From positions 92,373 through 141,847 of the forward strand of contig CAYPFQ010000001.1 in the NCBI GenBank assembly GCA_964410135.1: 49,475 nucleotides of DNA. Reading direction: 5' to 3'. The position numbers and the translations under genes were made by a program. The notes under the pieces were generated by a model. It searched no databases and had not been told where the DNA came from. It saw only the letters and a program-made list of their open reading frames with translations. Below, in pieces: positions 27,759 through 37,578 of this stretch. The stretch comes from an uncultured Candidatus Bathyarchaeia archaeon (GTDB lineage: Archaea > Thermoproteota > Bathyarchaeia > RBG-16-48-13 > CAYPFQ01). The first letter of the stretch is position 1; each line of letters begins with the position of its first letter.

Positions 27759-28709
27759 TTGAAAAACCTACTGAAGAATAAAAGCCTCTTGATAATACTC
27801 CTGCTGTATTTCCTATGTCTATCTATCGAATGGTATATCATGTTCGTATCTGTGAGATCCTATCCAGGAATCCAAAATCCGAAGCTCTTTATAAATCCAA
27901 GTTTCTTCTTTTTCGGCTTTCAGCGAACACTTGTACTTCTACTTCTTCCAGTAATGGCCGTAGCCTCTTGGCTTGCTTGGCACTTTCTTGGGCGCGTGTT
28001 TGTGTCATATGTCTTCCTTCCATATCATCAGCGTAGCATTGGACCTAAACTTGTCCAAAAACTTGTCAAAGGCCGTGTGACTCGAGGGTATTTCTTAGTG
28101 GGAGAGATGCTGCATGAAAAAAGCTTGGAATCGATATTTAGGGCGTCGGTGCTTCCATTCTCTTTGATGATAAGTATATCCATCTCGATAGTAACAAATC
28201 TCCTACATCAATTTCCAGCACTGGCGAAGACTGTTGTTCCCCCCTTCTCTCCGCCATGGTTTATTCTACTAGGTGATACCGTCTTCATCAACTTCGCACT
28301 TTACCTAGTGCTGCCTCTTTTGGCGTTGATCGTGTCTCCAATTTGGACATTAGAATGCTCTGGCCTGCGATATTATGATCCAGATAAAAAAAGCATAGCA
28401 GGAGTTGAAGAGGAATTCAAAGTTGCCATCAAAAGTATCTCAGGAGTAGGTGCTGTAGGAAGTTTCCTCTACTTGCTGTACGGTATAATGGTCAGGTATG
28501 GGCTTGAGTTTAGCTACGTCTTGAGCTTCTTCTTGTTTACAAGCTTCATGCTCTATCCTCCCACACTACTAGCCACAGCCCTCTTCATACATTTCTCTGA
28601 GTCTAAGTCAATAGAAAAAGTAATCCAGAAAATGAAAAGTACCGGCTTCTCTCTTCCCAAAATATCTTCAGTTGATGTGATCTCAAAGACAAGCCAGAAA
28701 AGCCGTTAA
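27759..28709 (+). CDS. Hypothetical polytopic membrane protein
   Basis: 316 aa, about 6-7 hydrophobic segments; no family recognised. Confidence 0.7.
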   Translation: MKNLLKNKSLLIILLLYFLCLSIEWYIMFVSVRSYPGIQNPKLFINPSFFFFGFQRTLVLLLLPVMAVASWLAWHFLGRVFVSYVFLPYHQRSIGPKLVQKLVKGRVTRGYFLVGEMLHEKSLESIFRASVLPFSLMISISISIVTNLLHQFPALAKTVVPPFSPPWFILLGDTVFINFALYLVLPLLALIVSPIWTLECSGLRYYDPDKKSIAGVEEEFKVAIKSISGVGAVGSFLYLLYGIMVRYGLEFSYVLSFFLFTSFMLYPPTLLATALFIHFSESKSIEKVIQKMKSTGFSLPKISSVDVISKTSQKSR

Positions 28710-28929
28710 GACACCATCAAACAATTATCAAAATTGAGAGAGGAACAACTACGGTTTCGGCGAGAATTCCTCCCTCAAACCTATATTCAGCTGACACTTC
28801 CAACAGGTCGTTCATGTATGTTACTCTAGGCGTTTTAAATGGAACGCCAAACTCTATCTCTTGAACCCGAAACCTTTTTCAAAAGAATCCAATAACTATG
28901 AACTTAAGACTGGGTTTCGGAGGCATAAA

Positions 28930-29445
28930 ATGAAGTTCTTGATCTACGACATGTCTTTTGAGACCCCACCCAATTGGAAATTTCGCATCACAGAGACCTC
29001 CTCATACGAGTCGGGAAAGATGGCTATTATATCGCCGAAAAAGGTGGTCATTGGCGTCCAGTGGCAGCCCTTAGAAAAAATGGGGCGGTCAAATTCAAAA
29101 AAAGTTGAGACTAAGCCGGAAAAAGTATCACTCGATGAGTTTCTCAGCGACCTCTTCTCCTCTATACCAAAGGACAGAAAGTTTCGAGATCTAAAGGTAT
29201 TAGAACGCACTGGTCACGAGAGGGGCGTCCACCAGTATCGGTTCTTTAGACTTTCCTTTACCTACAAAAAACTTTTCGGTAAAGAAAAGCCTCAACACTG
29301 CATAGGTTACCTAATTCTATGCAAAAAAACGAAGCGGACAATAGGTGCTTTCACGAATCTTCCGTTGGGGATGATCGATGAAGACATCAAAAACTTAGAA
29401 GGCCCGATGAAGAGTCTCAGATGCCTCTGTACACCCCCGGTTTAG
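28930..29445 (+). CDS. Hypothetical soluble protein (possible PsbP/Mog1-like fold)
   Basis: GGAGG RBS before ATG 28930; FETPPNWK motif near the N-terminus; C-terminal C...C...CLC. Fold is a guess. Confidence 0.6.
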   Translation: MKFLIYDMSFETPPNWKFRITETSSYESGKMAIISPKKVVIGVQWQPLEKMGRSNSKKVETKPEKVSLDEFLSDLFSSIPKDRKFRDLKVLERTGHERGVHQYRFFRLSFTYKKLFGKEKPQHCIGYLILCKKTKRTIGAFTNLPLGMIDEDIKNLEGPMKSLRCLCTPPV

Positions 29446-29592
29446 ATGCTCATAAGAGGATCGTACTTCTACCTCTTCAGAATGAGAATCGGGAAAATGT
29501 ATGATATCTCCTCAGTCTCAACCCGCTCATAAAACACGCTGATAAATATTATATAAAATTTTGAAAAAGCTTATTAGATTAATTCATTATGA

Positions 29593-31065
29593 ATGGTATA
29601 CCACGGTGTACATATGAAAACCCAAAAAACAGGAAAATATGGTGGACCTCCATTAGAGTTCAAAGTTCTGAACGACCCCGGTCCTGTAAGCATAAGAAAG
29701 ATACTAGGTCCAGGGCTAATCTTGGCTGCTCTTGGCGTCGGCATGGGAGAAACCTTCATGTGGCCCAGGCTCGTCCTCGTATTCGGACCCAATATCAGGT
29801 GGATTGCGACATGTGGACTCATCATACAAGTCTTCGTCACCATGGAGATCGCGAGGTGGACCTACTACACGGGAGAGAGCATATTCCAAGCCGGCGGCCG
29901 AATCAATGTATCAATAATGTGGTACTTCTACATCATGGCTCTGTTGCTTTACATATTCCCTGGTCACGTGGTCACAGGCGCTGGTGCCCTGGGGCTTTAT
30001 CTGAAGATAGATTGGGTACCGATAGCCGTTGCCAGCATACTCGCCATCGCAGCCATACTCATCCTCAGCCCATACCAAGTTTACAAGACTGTGAAGACGC
30101 TGCTCGTTATCGCAATATCAATTATGATCGCGGTTTCATTGATAGTTGCACTGGGCGTAGGCACCCCCAAGATGTGGGCTGATACCCTTGTTGGCACAGT
30201 AGCCTTCGGATGGCAAGATCCGAGGTTCTATACCAAGACTTGGATGCCCCTTATAATAGGCGGCATGGCATTCATGGGACCCTCTGGGATGCAGCAGATG
30301 TGGTATACGCTCTGGGCAAGGGAAGAAGATGCTGGAATGGGCGCCTACATGCCCAAGATCACGGGACTTATATTCGGCAAAGAAGCGACTTGGCTAGAGA
30401 AAGGTTACATCTTCAACGCCGACCTCGATAAAGAGATGGACAAGTGGAAGAGGTGGAGAAAGCTCAATGTCTACGACGCCTGGATAAGTCTAGGGCTACT
30501 CACATTCATCACCACTGTGTTCTTCACCGTGCTCAGCATATATGCGGCAGAGGCGAGTCCGGCAGCTATGAAGGCTATACTGGCAGGGTCGACGCTACCA
30601 GCCATCTCGGCTATAGCAGCAGCGTTCTCAGCAGTAAGTCCGGTGCTATACCCACTTTGGTTCATAGTTATGTTCATAGTGGGATGGAAGATGAGCTTTG
30701 GAATCTTCGATGCTTTTGCCAGAGGACAGGCCGATATGACTTTCCAGCTCTTCAAGGGCGCTAGGAAGCTAGGGATGCGCAAGTGGTACTACATCTGGGT
30801 TGCTATTGTGACTCTGGTGGGTATCACTATGGTTTTAATTGGACAAGCAAAGGGACCTGTGTTCCTCCTAGACCTTCTCGCCTTCCTCTCACCATGGGCT
30901 ATGGGCAGCTACTGTCTACTTTTGCTATACGTTAACAACGTGATGGTGCCGGGTAAACTCAAGATGTCATGGGTCTCAAACCTAATCTTGGCTTTCGGTG
31001 CGGTATTCTATCTAGTGTCGCTTTTCTACAGCATATTCGTCTTCGGAGCTATTCCGGGAGGCTAA
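29593..31065 (+). CDS. Nramp-related (APC superfamily) transporter
   Basis: GPGLILAALGVGMGE TM1 pattern, about 11-12 TMs; lacks the canonical DPGN motif. Alternative start 29614. Confidence 0.75.
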   Translation: MVYHGVHMKTQKTGKYGGPPLEFKVLNDPGPVSIRKILGPGLILAALGVGMGETFMWPRLVLVFGPNIRWIATCGLIIQVFVTMEIARWTYYTGESIFQAGGRINVSIMWYFYIMALLLYIFPGHVVTGAGALGLYLKIDWVPIAVASILAIAAILILSPYQVYKTVKTLLVIAISIMIAVSLIVALGVGTPKMWADTLVGTVAFGWQDPRFYTKTWMPLIIGGMAFMGPSGMQQMWYTLWAREEDAGMGAYMPKITGLIFGKEATWLEKGYIFNADLDKEMDKWKRWRKLNVYDAWISLGLLTFITTVFFTVLSIYAAEASPAAMKAILAGSTLPAISAIAAAFSAVSPVLYPLWFIVMFIVGWKMSFGIFDAFARGQADMTFQLFKGARKLGMRKWYYIWVAIVTLVGITMVLIGQAKGPVFLLDLLAFLSPWAMGSYCLLLLYVNNVMVPGKLKMSWVSNLILAFGAVFYLVSLFYSIFVFGAIPGG

Positions 31066-31075
31066 ACCCTACCCC

Positions 31076-31088
31076 CTTTTTTATTTAA
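31076..31088 (+). terminator. T-tract terminator candidate
   Basis: CCCCCTTTTTTATTT immediately after the transporter stop. Confidence 0.5.
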
Positions 31089-31312
31089 ATAATTTTAAAG
31101 GACGACTGTAAAGTCAAAGCAGTCGATGTGAATGATCCTACTAAGAAGGTCTTAGAGGCTTTATATTTACTTCAGGCTGAACATAATTGGCTTATTTTAG
31201 ACTGGCCATCGTTTCAGTTTGTACGCCATATCCCAGAACGTATATTCATATCGACTGCTATAAAATTAAATATCGCGCTAAATTCTCTTTGAACTGTAAA
31301 TGAGGCGTAATC

Positions 31313-31552
31313 ATGCCTGAGAAGAAGAGAAAAAGTGTTGGAAAGAGCGAGAGGCTGTTCACTGGGCTGGCTCTGACAATCATTGGTCTTCTTGGGCTGG
31401 GATACGGCGGTCCGAGCGGCATGATAGGTATGATGGGTGGAATGATGGGCTACTGGTACGGATATCCTCCACTGTTTCTGGTGATCCTGCTGGTATTTTT
31501 AGGAGTAACAATATTCGGGCTGTACATAATCTACGATTCTTTAAAAGAATGA
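31313..31552 (+). CDS. Small two-TM membrane protein with Met-rich loop
   Basis: 79 aa; TM-GMIGMMGGMMGYWY-TM; GAGG RBS. Confidence 0.7.
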   Translation: MPEKKRKSVGKSERLFTGLALTIIGLLGLGYGGPSGMIGMMGGMMGYWYGYPPLFLVILLVFLGVTIFGLYIIYDSLKE

Positions 31553-31568
31553 TTGTTAGGAGTATGAC

Positions 31569-31748
31569 TTGGAATTGAGTGAGCAGATTAGTGATAACCC
31601 CCGTGAAGAGGAGAAACGAAAACGCGGACAAGCTGCACAAAAGCCAGAGGGTCCCATGTGCGTGATGTGTGGCGGAGGAAATTGGACATGGATTCTCTGG
31701 ATAATAATAGCCATCCTCATAGTCTTGGCTCTGATTCCTAGAGGATAA
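31569..31748 (+). CDS. Small single-TM protein with CxxC (59 aa)
   Basis: Manual translation: MELSEQISDNPREEEKRKRGQAAQKPEGPMCVMCGGGNWTWILWIIIAILIVLALIPRG. TTG with AGGAG RBS; alternative ATG 31656 with GAGG. Not in track. Confidence 0.6.
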   Translation: MELSEQISDNPREEEKRKRGQAAQKPEGPMCVMCGGGNWTWILWIIIAILIVLALIPRG

Positions 31749-31771
31749 TCGAAGCATAATCGGGTGGATTC

Positions 31772-33847
31772 ATGGCGAAGGATCCCGTTTGTGGCATGTA
31801 CGTTGACGAGTCGAAGGCAGCTATCACACGGGTAGTTAGAGGAAGAACCTACTATTTCTGCAGTGAAGCCTGTGCTAACACCTTTACAAAACCTGAAGTC
31901 GAACTTAGGAATCTGAAAATCCTTGCGGTATTCAGCCTAGTTCTCGGTGTTGCCACCTTTACTTTCTCCTTTATCCAAGTCCTCCCTATTCTTCCAAATA
32001 ACCTCTGGCTATTCCTATTCGCCACACCAGTTCAATTCATAGCTGGATTGAGATTTTATCGCGGTACATACGACGCCATCAGAAATAGGACTGCTAATAT
32101 GGACGTGTTGATCGCGGTTGGCACTTCAGCTGCTTGGCTTTACAGCACCCTAGTTACATTTTTTCCAAACACCTTTGTCGGCGAAGTCTACTTCGACACC
32201 GCCGCCCTGATAACCGCCTTCATTCTGCTAGGGAAACTGCTTGAGGATATAGCCAAAGGGAAAGCCTCCGAATCGGTAAGAAAGCTGATGGATCTCCAGC
32301 CCAGAATGGCGAAGGTGATCCGCAATGGGCTGGAAGAAGAGGTTCCTGTGGAACTAGTTCGGCTGGGAGATATAGTTGTAGTCAGACCCGGTGAGAAGAT
32401 ACCGGTAGATGGCATAGTGACCGAGGGCTATTCGGCTGTAGACGAAAAGATGATTACAGGCGAAAGCATACCCGTCGAAAAGAAAGTAGGCGACGAGGTT
32501 ATCGGCGCAACGATTAACAAGACTGGCATGTTAAAGTTTAAAGCCACTAAAGTCGGAGCAGACACCACCCTCTCCCAGATAATCAAGCTCGTGGATGAAG
32601 CGCAGGTTTCGAGAGCGCCCATTCAAAGACTAGCTGACGTGATAGCCTCCTACTTTGTACCACTAGTCATAGCCATCGGAATAGCCTCATACTTGACATG
32701 GTACTTCATAGGAAAATCAAGCTTCATCTTCGCGTTCACAACTTTCATCGCAGTTCTGATAATCGCCTGTCCCTGCGCACTAGGACTCGCCACACCCACC
32801 GCCATATTGGTAGGCACTGGAAAAGGAGCGGAAAACGGTATACTGATTAAAGGCGGCGAGAACCTGGAGAAAGCCTACAAGATCAATACAGTCGTATTTG
32901 ACAAGACAGGGACGCTGACAAAAGGAGAACCTTCAGTCACAGACATCGTCAAGGCCGGGGATCAAAGTGAACGCGAGATAGTCCGATTTGCGGCAATCGC
33001 TGAAAAAGGCTCTGAGCATCCTCTAAGCTTAGCGATCGTTAAAAAGGCTGAACAGGATGGGATAGAGGTTCCAAATCCTAAATCTTTTGAAGCAGTTCCT
33101 GGCCAAGGCGTGAAGGCAACACATGATGACAAAGAAATCCTATTCGGAAACAGGCGGCTGATGAGCGGCAACGGCATCTCCACAGAGACCATTGAGGATA
33201 GGATCCGGGCTCTAGAAGAAGATGGAAAGACCGTGATGATTCTTGCGGTAGATAAGAAGGTTCTAGGCGTAATTGGAGTGGCTGATACGCTGAAAAACTA
33301 TTCCAGCGAAGCTGTAAAGCAGCTCCAGGAAATAGGACTCGAAACAGTCATGCTCACCGGCGATAATCCGAGAACCGCAAATGCGATTGCTAAAAAATTA
33401 GGAATCGAGCGGGTCCTAGCAGAAGTACTGCCAGGGGATAAAGCCAAGGTAATAAAGAGCCTTCAAGACGAAGCCAAAATAGTCGCTATGGTAGGCGACG
33501 GCATAAACGATGCGCCTGCTCTCGCACAGGCAGATATCGGAATCGCTATCGGCAGCGGAACCGATGTGGCGATAGAAACCGGGGGTATAGTCCTAATCAA
33601 AGACGACCTGAGAGACGTAGTAACCGCTATTCAACTCAGCAAACACACAATGCGCAAAATTAAGCAAAACCTGTTCTGGGCTTTCTTCTATAATGTGGCT
33701 TTCATCCCCATCGCCGCTGGCGCACTCTACCCTCTATTCGGAATCCTACTCAACCCGGTCTTCGCGGCAGTGGCAATGGCAGCCAGCTCAGTTTCAGTAG
33801 TTACAAACTCATTGTTGCTAAGGCGTTTCAAGCCAACAGCAAAGTAG
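31772..33847 (+). CDS. copA: Cu(I)-translocating P1B-type ATPase with N-terminal YHS/TRASH domain
   Basis: DPVCGM...[41 protein letters not shown]. Confidence 0.93.
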   Translation: MAKDPVCGMYVDESKAAITRVVRGRTYYFCSEACANTFTKPEVELRNLKILAVFSLVLGVATFTFSFIQVLPILPNNLWLFLFATPVQFIAGLRFYRGTYDAIRNRTANMDVLIAVGTSAAWLYSTLVTFFPNTFVGEVYFDTAALITAFILLGKLLEDIAKGKASESVRKLMDLQPRMAKVIRNGLEEEVPVELVRLGDIVVVRPGEKIPVDGIVTEGYSAVDEKMITGESIPVEKKVGDEVIGATINKTGMLKFKATKVGADTTLSQIIKLVDEAQVSRAPIQRLADVIASYFVPLVIAIGIASYLTWYFIGKSSFIFAFTTFIAVLIIACPCALGLATPTAILVGTGKGAENGILIKGGENLEKAYKINTVVFDKTGTLTKGEPSVTDIVKAGDQSEREIVRFAAIAEKGSEHPLSLAIVKKAEQDGIEVPNPKSFEAVPGQGVKATHDDKEILFGNRRLMSGNGISTETIEDRIRALEEDGKTVMILAVDKKVLGVIGVADTLKNYSSEAVKQLQEIGLETVMLTGDNPRTANAIAKKLGIERVLAEVLPGDKAKVIKSLQDEAKIVAMVGDGINDAPALAQADIGIAIGSGTDVAIETGGIVLIKDDLRDVVTAIQLSKHTMRKIKQNLFWAFFYNVAFIPIAAGALYPLFGILLNPVFAAVAMAASSVSVVTNSLLLRRFKPTAK

Positions 33848-33862
33848 AGGAGGTGAAAAAAT

Positions 33863-34006
33863 ATGGCGACCGACCCAGTATGCGGCATGTACGTAGATGA
33901 AAAGACGGCTCCCCACAGATCAGCCTATAAGGGTCAAACCTTCTATTTCTGCGCTTCCAGCTGTAAAGAGGAATTTGAGAAAAACCCAGAGAACTACCTG
34001 AAATAA
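33863..34006 (+). CDS. YHS/TRASH domain metallochaperone (47 aa)
   Basis: Manual translation: [47 protein letters not shown]; GGAGGTGA RBS. Not in track. Confidence 0.92.
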   Translation: MATDPVCGMYVDEKTAPHRSAYKGQTFYFCASSCKEEFEKNPENYLK

Positions 34007-34022
34007 CTTACAGTAATTTCTT

Positions 34023-34748
34023 TCACTTTGTGTGAAGCAGATCTAGCTCGCCAGTGATTTTTATAGGCTCAGGCACCTTTCCAACAGAACCTACATGCTT
34101 ACCACGTATGATAAAAGCACCTCTCACTCCAGCTATAGTCTTGGCGACATCTAATCCTCTTTGGATCGATGCCCCGACATCTCTTCCTCTCACTGCGTTG
34201 GAAACGGCTGTAGCTGCTGCATCTGCCAAAGCAGCATTCCCAGCAAAAACTGTTACACTATCCGCCTCTCCGAAGTTTATCGCATGCCCGACTGTAGCCG
34301 AACTCGTTCCAATACCGATTGGCGTATCAAAATGCGAAATGCGGAAACCTATCCTACCCGACAGTGGAGAGTGTCCAGCGTAGACTCCCACGGTAATGTC
34401 TTGGTCGGATACGGCTGCAATTTCCCCACCATTCTCTACAACTCTCACCTTAGCCTCAGTCTCTCCCATAGCATTCACTGCCAAGTCAGCTAACGCCCCG
34501 GCAACTGCTGCCATAGGTCCCACTCTAGCGGCTAACGCCGCCTCAGTCATCCGTTTCACTATCTCGGGTGCACTTGCTTCCACTTCTACCGGCTCGAAGG
34601 AAGCGCGGAAAAGCTGGTTACGGTTAATGTAGGTTTCGAGATAGATCCGGTGTATCTGTATAGCTACCAGCGCGGCTCTAGCTGCCTCTAGCCGATCGGT
34701 TTGAATTGATAGATTTGTTTCGCCAATTCGCTCTTGAATTCTAATCAT
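34023..34748 (-). CDS. UPF0280/ApbE-like protein
   Basis: VGPMAAVAG, VENGGEI, GTSSATVGHAINFGEADSV, ADAAATA. Confidence 0.9.
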   Translation of the reverse strand: MIRIQERIGETNLSIQTDRLEAARAALVAIQIHRIYLETYINRNQLFRASFEPVEVEASAPEIVKRMTEAALAARVGPMAAVAGALADLAVNAMGETEAKVRVVENGGEIAAVSDQDITVGVYAGHSPLSGRIGFRISHFDTPIGIGTSSATVGHAINFGEADSVTVFAGNAALADAAATAVSNAVRGRDVGASIQRGLDVAKTIAGVRGAFIIRGKHVGSVGKVPEPIKITGELDLLHTK

Positions 34749-34758
34749 TTTTGACCCT

Positions 34759-35151
34759 CTATGTTACCAGTCTTATGGCGCGAGTGGGGCAAGCAGTCAC
34801 GCAAATCTTGCAGCCGATGCATTTCTCTTCGTCGAAATCAAGGGTCAAGTCTGAATTGAGCTTGAACGCTCCGACTGGGCAGGGCGAAATGCATGCACCG
34901 CAATGCATGCACTTATCACTGTCTATCTCTAGAATTCGGGTAAGCTTGTCGACAGTCACCCCATTGTCCTGGAAGAAACGGATGACCTTGTCCAGCTTTC
35001 CTTTTTCAGCTTCTACTGAGACTATGAGTTCTCCTTTGTTAACGTTGACTGTAGCTTCGAGAATGTTAATTAGGACTCCCAGTTTTAATACGGCTTCGGC
35101 AAGTACTGGTCGCTGTACCTCACTAGGTGGATAGGTAAGTTTTAGTCTCAC
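34759..35151 (-). CDS. NIL-domain 2x[4Fe-4S] ferredoxin (partner of ASA sulfurtransferase)
   Basis: N-terminal NIL domain (VLINILEA); CMHCGACISPC and CIGCKICVTAC. Confidence 0.9.
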   Translation of the reverse strand: MRLKLTYPPSEVQRPVLAEAVLKLGVLINILEATVNVNKGELIVSVEAEKGKLDKVIRFFQDNGVTVDKLTRILEIDSDKCMHCGACISPCPVGAFKLNSDLTLDFDEEKCIGCKICVTACPTRAIRLVT

Positions 35152-36659
35152 CTTGTACCTCCTCCTACAACTTTTTTCGAGATATCATCTGTTGTAATTA
35201 TTCCGATTACATGGTTCTCCCTGTCTACTACTGGAACACCTGAAATGTTATGCCGCGCCATTTTCTGGGCGAGAACATCGACCGCTTCATCTCTATTGGA
35301 GGTAATTACTTTTCGAGTCATTATCTGCTTCAATAATTTCTTCTTTGAGGCTACTGCTTTCGCCAAATCCCAAGAGGTCACTATACCAACAAGTTTGCTG
35401 TTTTTATCTACAATAGGCAGGTGGTCAATTCCGCGCCTTACCAAGAGTTCGGCGACAGCGCTGACGCTGTCTGTTTCTTTTGCCGTAACTACTTCGGGAG
35501 TCATGATATCTCCAACCCTTAGTTCCGCTTTTCTAACCTTGAGAGGCTTGAACTCCCTCTGAGTCGGCAAAGGTTCCACTCGATCAGAGAGGAAGAAGGA
35601 GCCTTCTTGGATCCAGCGTTTGAGTATTCCAGCAATTTCTTTGGCTACTTTCTGGCTTGATAGTGGTGATGTGGGAACGCTTTGATTGTTTATTGTCACT
35701 TTGCCCGACTTTAACTCAGCATAGGAAACTTTCCTCACGAGAGGCCTATCCCTAGAAGGCACACCGTAATCCAGTATGTTTGTTATAATTTCTTCGTCTT
35801 TTAACGCAGCTGTCTCAGCCACTTTCTGGTTAAGTATTGGAATCGGGACTCCAATTCCTACATACAGGGATGTGCCATATCCGGTGAACGTGGCTCCTCT
35901 CAGATACTGGGGCTTCATCTGTTTCAGGTCCCCTCTCACCATTATTGTGCCGAACTGTGTTTGTGGGCTGTGCTGTGTTCCCTCTCCAACCACGTAGCCA
36001 ACCCCGCCGCCGAGAAAGATCCTCGTGCCTATGCCAATCGTCTCAAAGTTCTTGTCCTTGTACAACGGGCTTAACTGCCCGGTTCCCCCATAGTTTACGT
36101 TTCCATATCTAGGAAGCAAAGTGCCCATGTAAGTGTAAAGAGTATCATCGGTGCTGTTGGTTGCAGCATTATAGCGTTCATACGCATTCCTGGGGTTAAG
36201 CAATATGGCTTGATTCAAATCGTCTAATATTATCACCGTCTCTAGGTACTTTCTAGGATAACAATCAGTCCCATACGCATCAGCCCGTAACTGAATCTCT
36301 TTTCCACTTACCAAGTCTTCTATGACATGGCCTCCACCATATTCAAATCCCTTTGTTTCACTCATTGCGGTCGCACCGATATAGACATCAACAGCTGCAA
36401 GCCCACGATAGGCAGGCACATCATTCAACCAGCAATGCCACATTTTAATCGGAGGCTCAGAATGCCCAAAATTTAAGAAAGCACCACTACTACACATGGC
36501 GCCAAAGGTGCCCGTTGTTACGACATCAACTTCTTTTGCTGCGGCTTTTAACCCGCGGCTTTCTACGGTTTCAATGAACTCATCTGCCGTAAGAACAACA
36601 GCGTCTCCCCTCTTGATCTTCGCATTAATCTCATCTACAGTTCTAAATCTGCCACTCAT
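35148..36659 (-). CDS. L-aspartate semialdehyde sulfurtransferase (DUF39 + CBS; homocysteine biosynthesis)
   Basis: VDVVTTGTFGAMCSSG, AYGTDCYPR, NPRNAY; C-terminal CBS pair. Confidence 0.9.
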   Translation of the reverse strand: MSGRFRTVDEINAKIKRGDAVVLTADEFIETVESRGLKAAAKEVDVVTTGTFGAMCSSGAFLNFGHSEPPIKMWHCWLNDVPAYRGLAAVDVYIGATAMSETKGFEYGGGHVIEDLVSGKEIQLRADAYGTDCYPRKYLETVIILDDLNQAILLNPRNAYERYNAATNSTDDTLYTYMGTLLPRYGNVNYGGTGQLSPLYKDKNFETIGIGTRIFLGGGVGYVVGEGTQHSPQTQFGTIMVRGDLKQMKPQYLRGATFTGYGTSLYVGIGVPIPILNQKVAETAALKDEEIITNILDYGVPSRDRPLVRKVSYAELKSGKVTINNQSVPTSPLSSQKVAKEIAGILKRWIQEGSFFLSDRVEPLPTQREFKPLKVRKAELRVGDIMTPEVVTAKETDSVSAVAELLVRRGIDHLPIVDKNSKLVGIVTSWDLAKAVASKKKLLKQIMTRKVITSNRDEAVDVLAQKMARHNISGVPVVDRENHVIGIITTDDISKKVVGGGTR

Positions 36660-36896
36660 TTTGGGTCACAGTTTTCTTTAGCATCCTCTAATTCCCCATA
36701 TATATTATTTTACATTAAGAAATAATGAAAAATTACTGTCAGTAATATAAAGGCTCAAGCTGGCTATGAAATTGCGGTGATCGGGATATAACCAAGATCT
36801 CTCAAGATGAAGATGGAGCCACCTTCTGAGATAAGGTTTATGTCAAATAAAGAAAAATCTAGCTTATTCTTTTAATACAGTGGAAATTGGTCTGTT

Positions 36897-37448
36897 ATGA
36901 CGACACCACCAGAACCTACGCCAAATTCAATGATAATTGGACACATTTATGACAAAGAGCGCCACATGTTGGGGGGCGCCAAAGTAATTTGCAATGATAA
37001 GAGCGCTGTCACTCTTTGTGATGGCTCTTTTAGATTTGAAAATCTTGCCCCTGCAACATATACGATCACCGCTAGCCTAAGAGGATTTCAAAGCCAAAGT
37101 AAAACCGTCTCTATCAAGGAAAATGAAACAATAACATTAGATTTCTCTTTGAATGAAGCAGTTGGAACCGCAAACATCCGTGGTTGTGTCTACGACGCCG
37201 AAACCGGAAAACCCATAGCTCCGGGCGGGACAGTAATCCTGATTTTACCTTCTGCCAACAAATACGCCTCAACCAACAAAGATGGTTGCTACGAATTCAC
37301 GAATCTCGTAGCTGATACGTATGAGGTGTGGGTCACCATAGAAGGGTATCAAGAGGTAAAAGCGACGATCGCTGTGAAGGAAGGTGAAACTAAGATCCAC
37401 GACTTCTACTGCAAAATTAAACGTATTGAAGTACCCCCATGGGGATAG
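36897..37448 (+). CDS. Protein with two carboxypeptidase-regulatory-like beta-sandwich repeats
   Basis: Repeated 'I.G.VYD....P...A.V....DG.Y.F.NL....Y.I.....G(F/Y)Q' pattern. Confidence 0.75.
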   Translation: MTTPPEPTPNSMIIGHIYDKERHMLGGAKVICNDKSAVTLCDGSFRFENLAPATYTITASLRGFQSQSKTVSIKENETITLDFSLNEAVGTANIRGCVYDAETGKPIAPGGTVILILPSANKYASTNKDGCYEFTNLVADTYEVWVTIEGYQEVKATIAVKEGETKIHDFYCKIKRIEVPPWG

Positions 37449-37578
37449 GTACCGTTAAGTTTATTCACTTTCTTTGATCGATTTGAGAGTGTGGAGAAGC
37501 GTTTTTTACTTCAATACGGTAAGGGAAAACTGGGCTTCTAGAGGGCAACATTCTGGGCGTTAGCTTTTTCATGAATCT

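Noticed and set aside
29589-30182. 197-aa alternative-frame ORF inside the transporter gene
   Set aside because: Shadow ORF with no motif, fully nested in a well-supported gene.
31128-31292. 54-aa ORF starting MNDPTKKVLEALYLLQAEH, faintly like a DtxR/MntR N-terminus
   Set aside because: No HTH continuation, no RBS, and it overlaps the probable promoter region.
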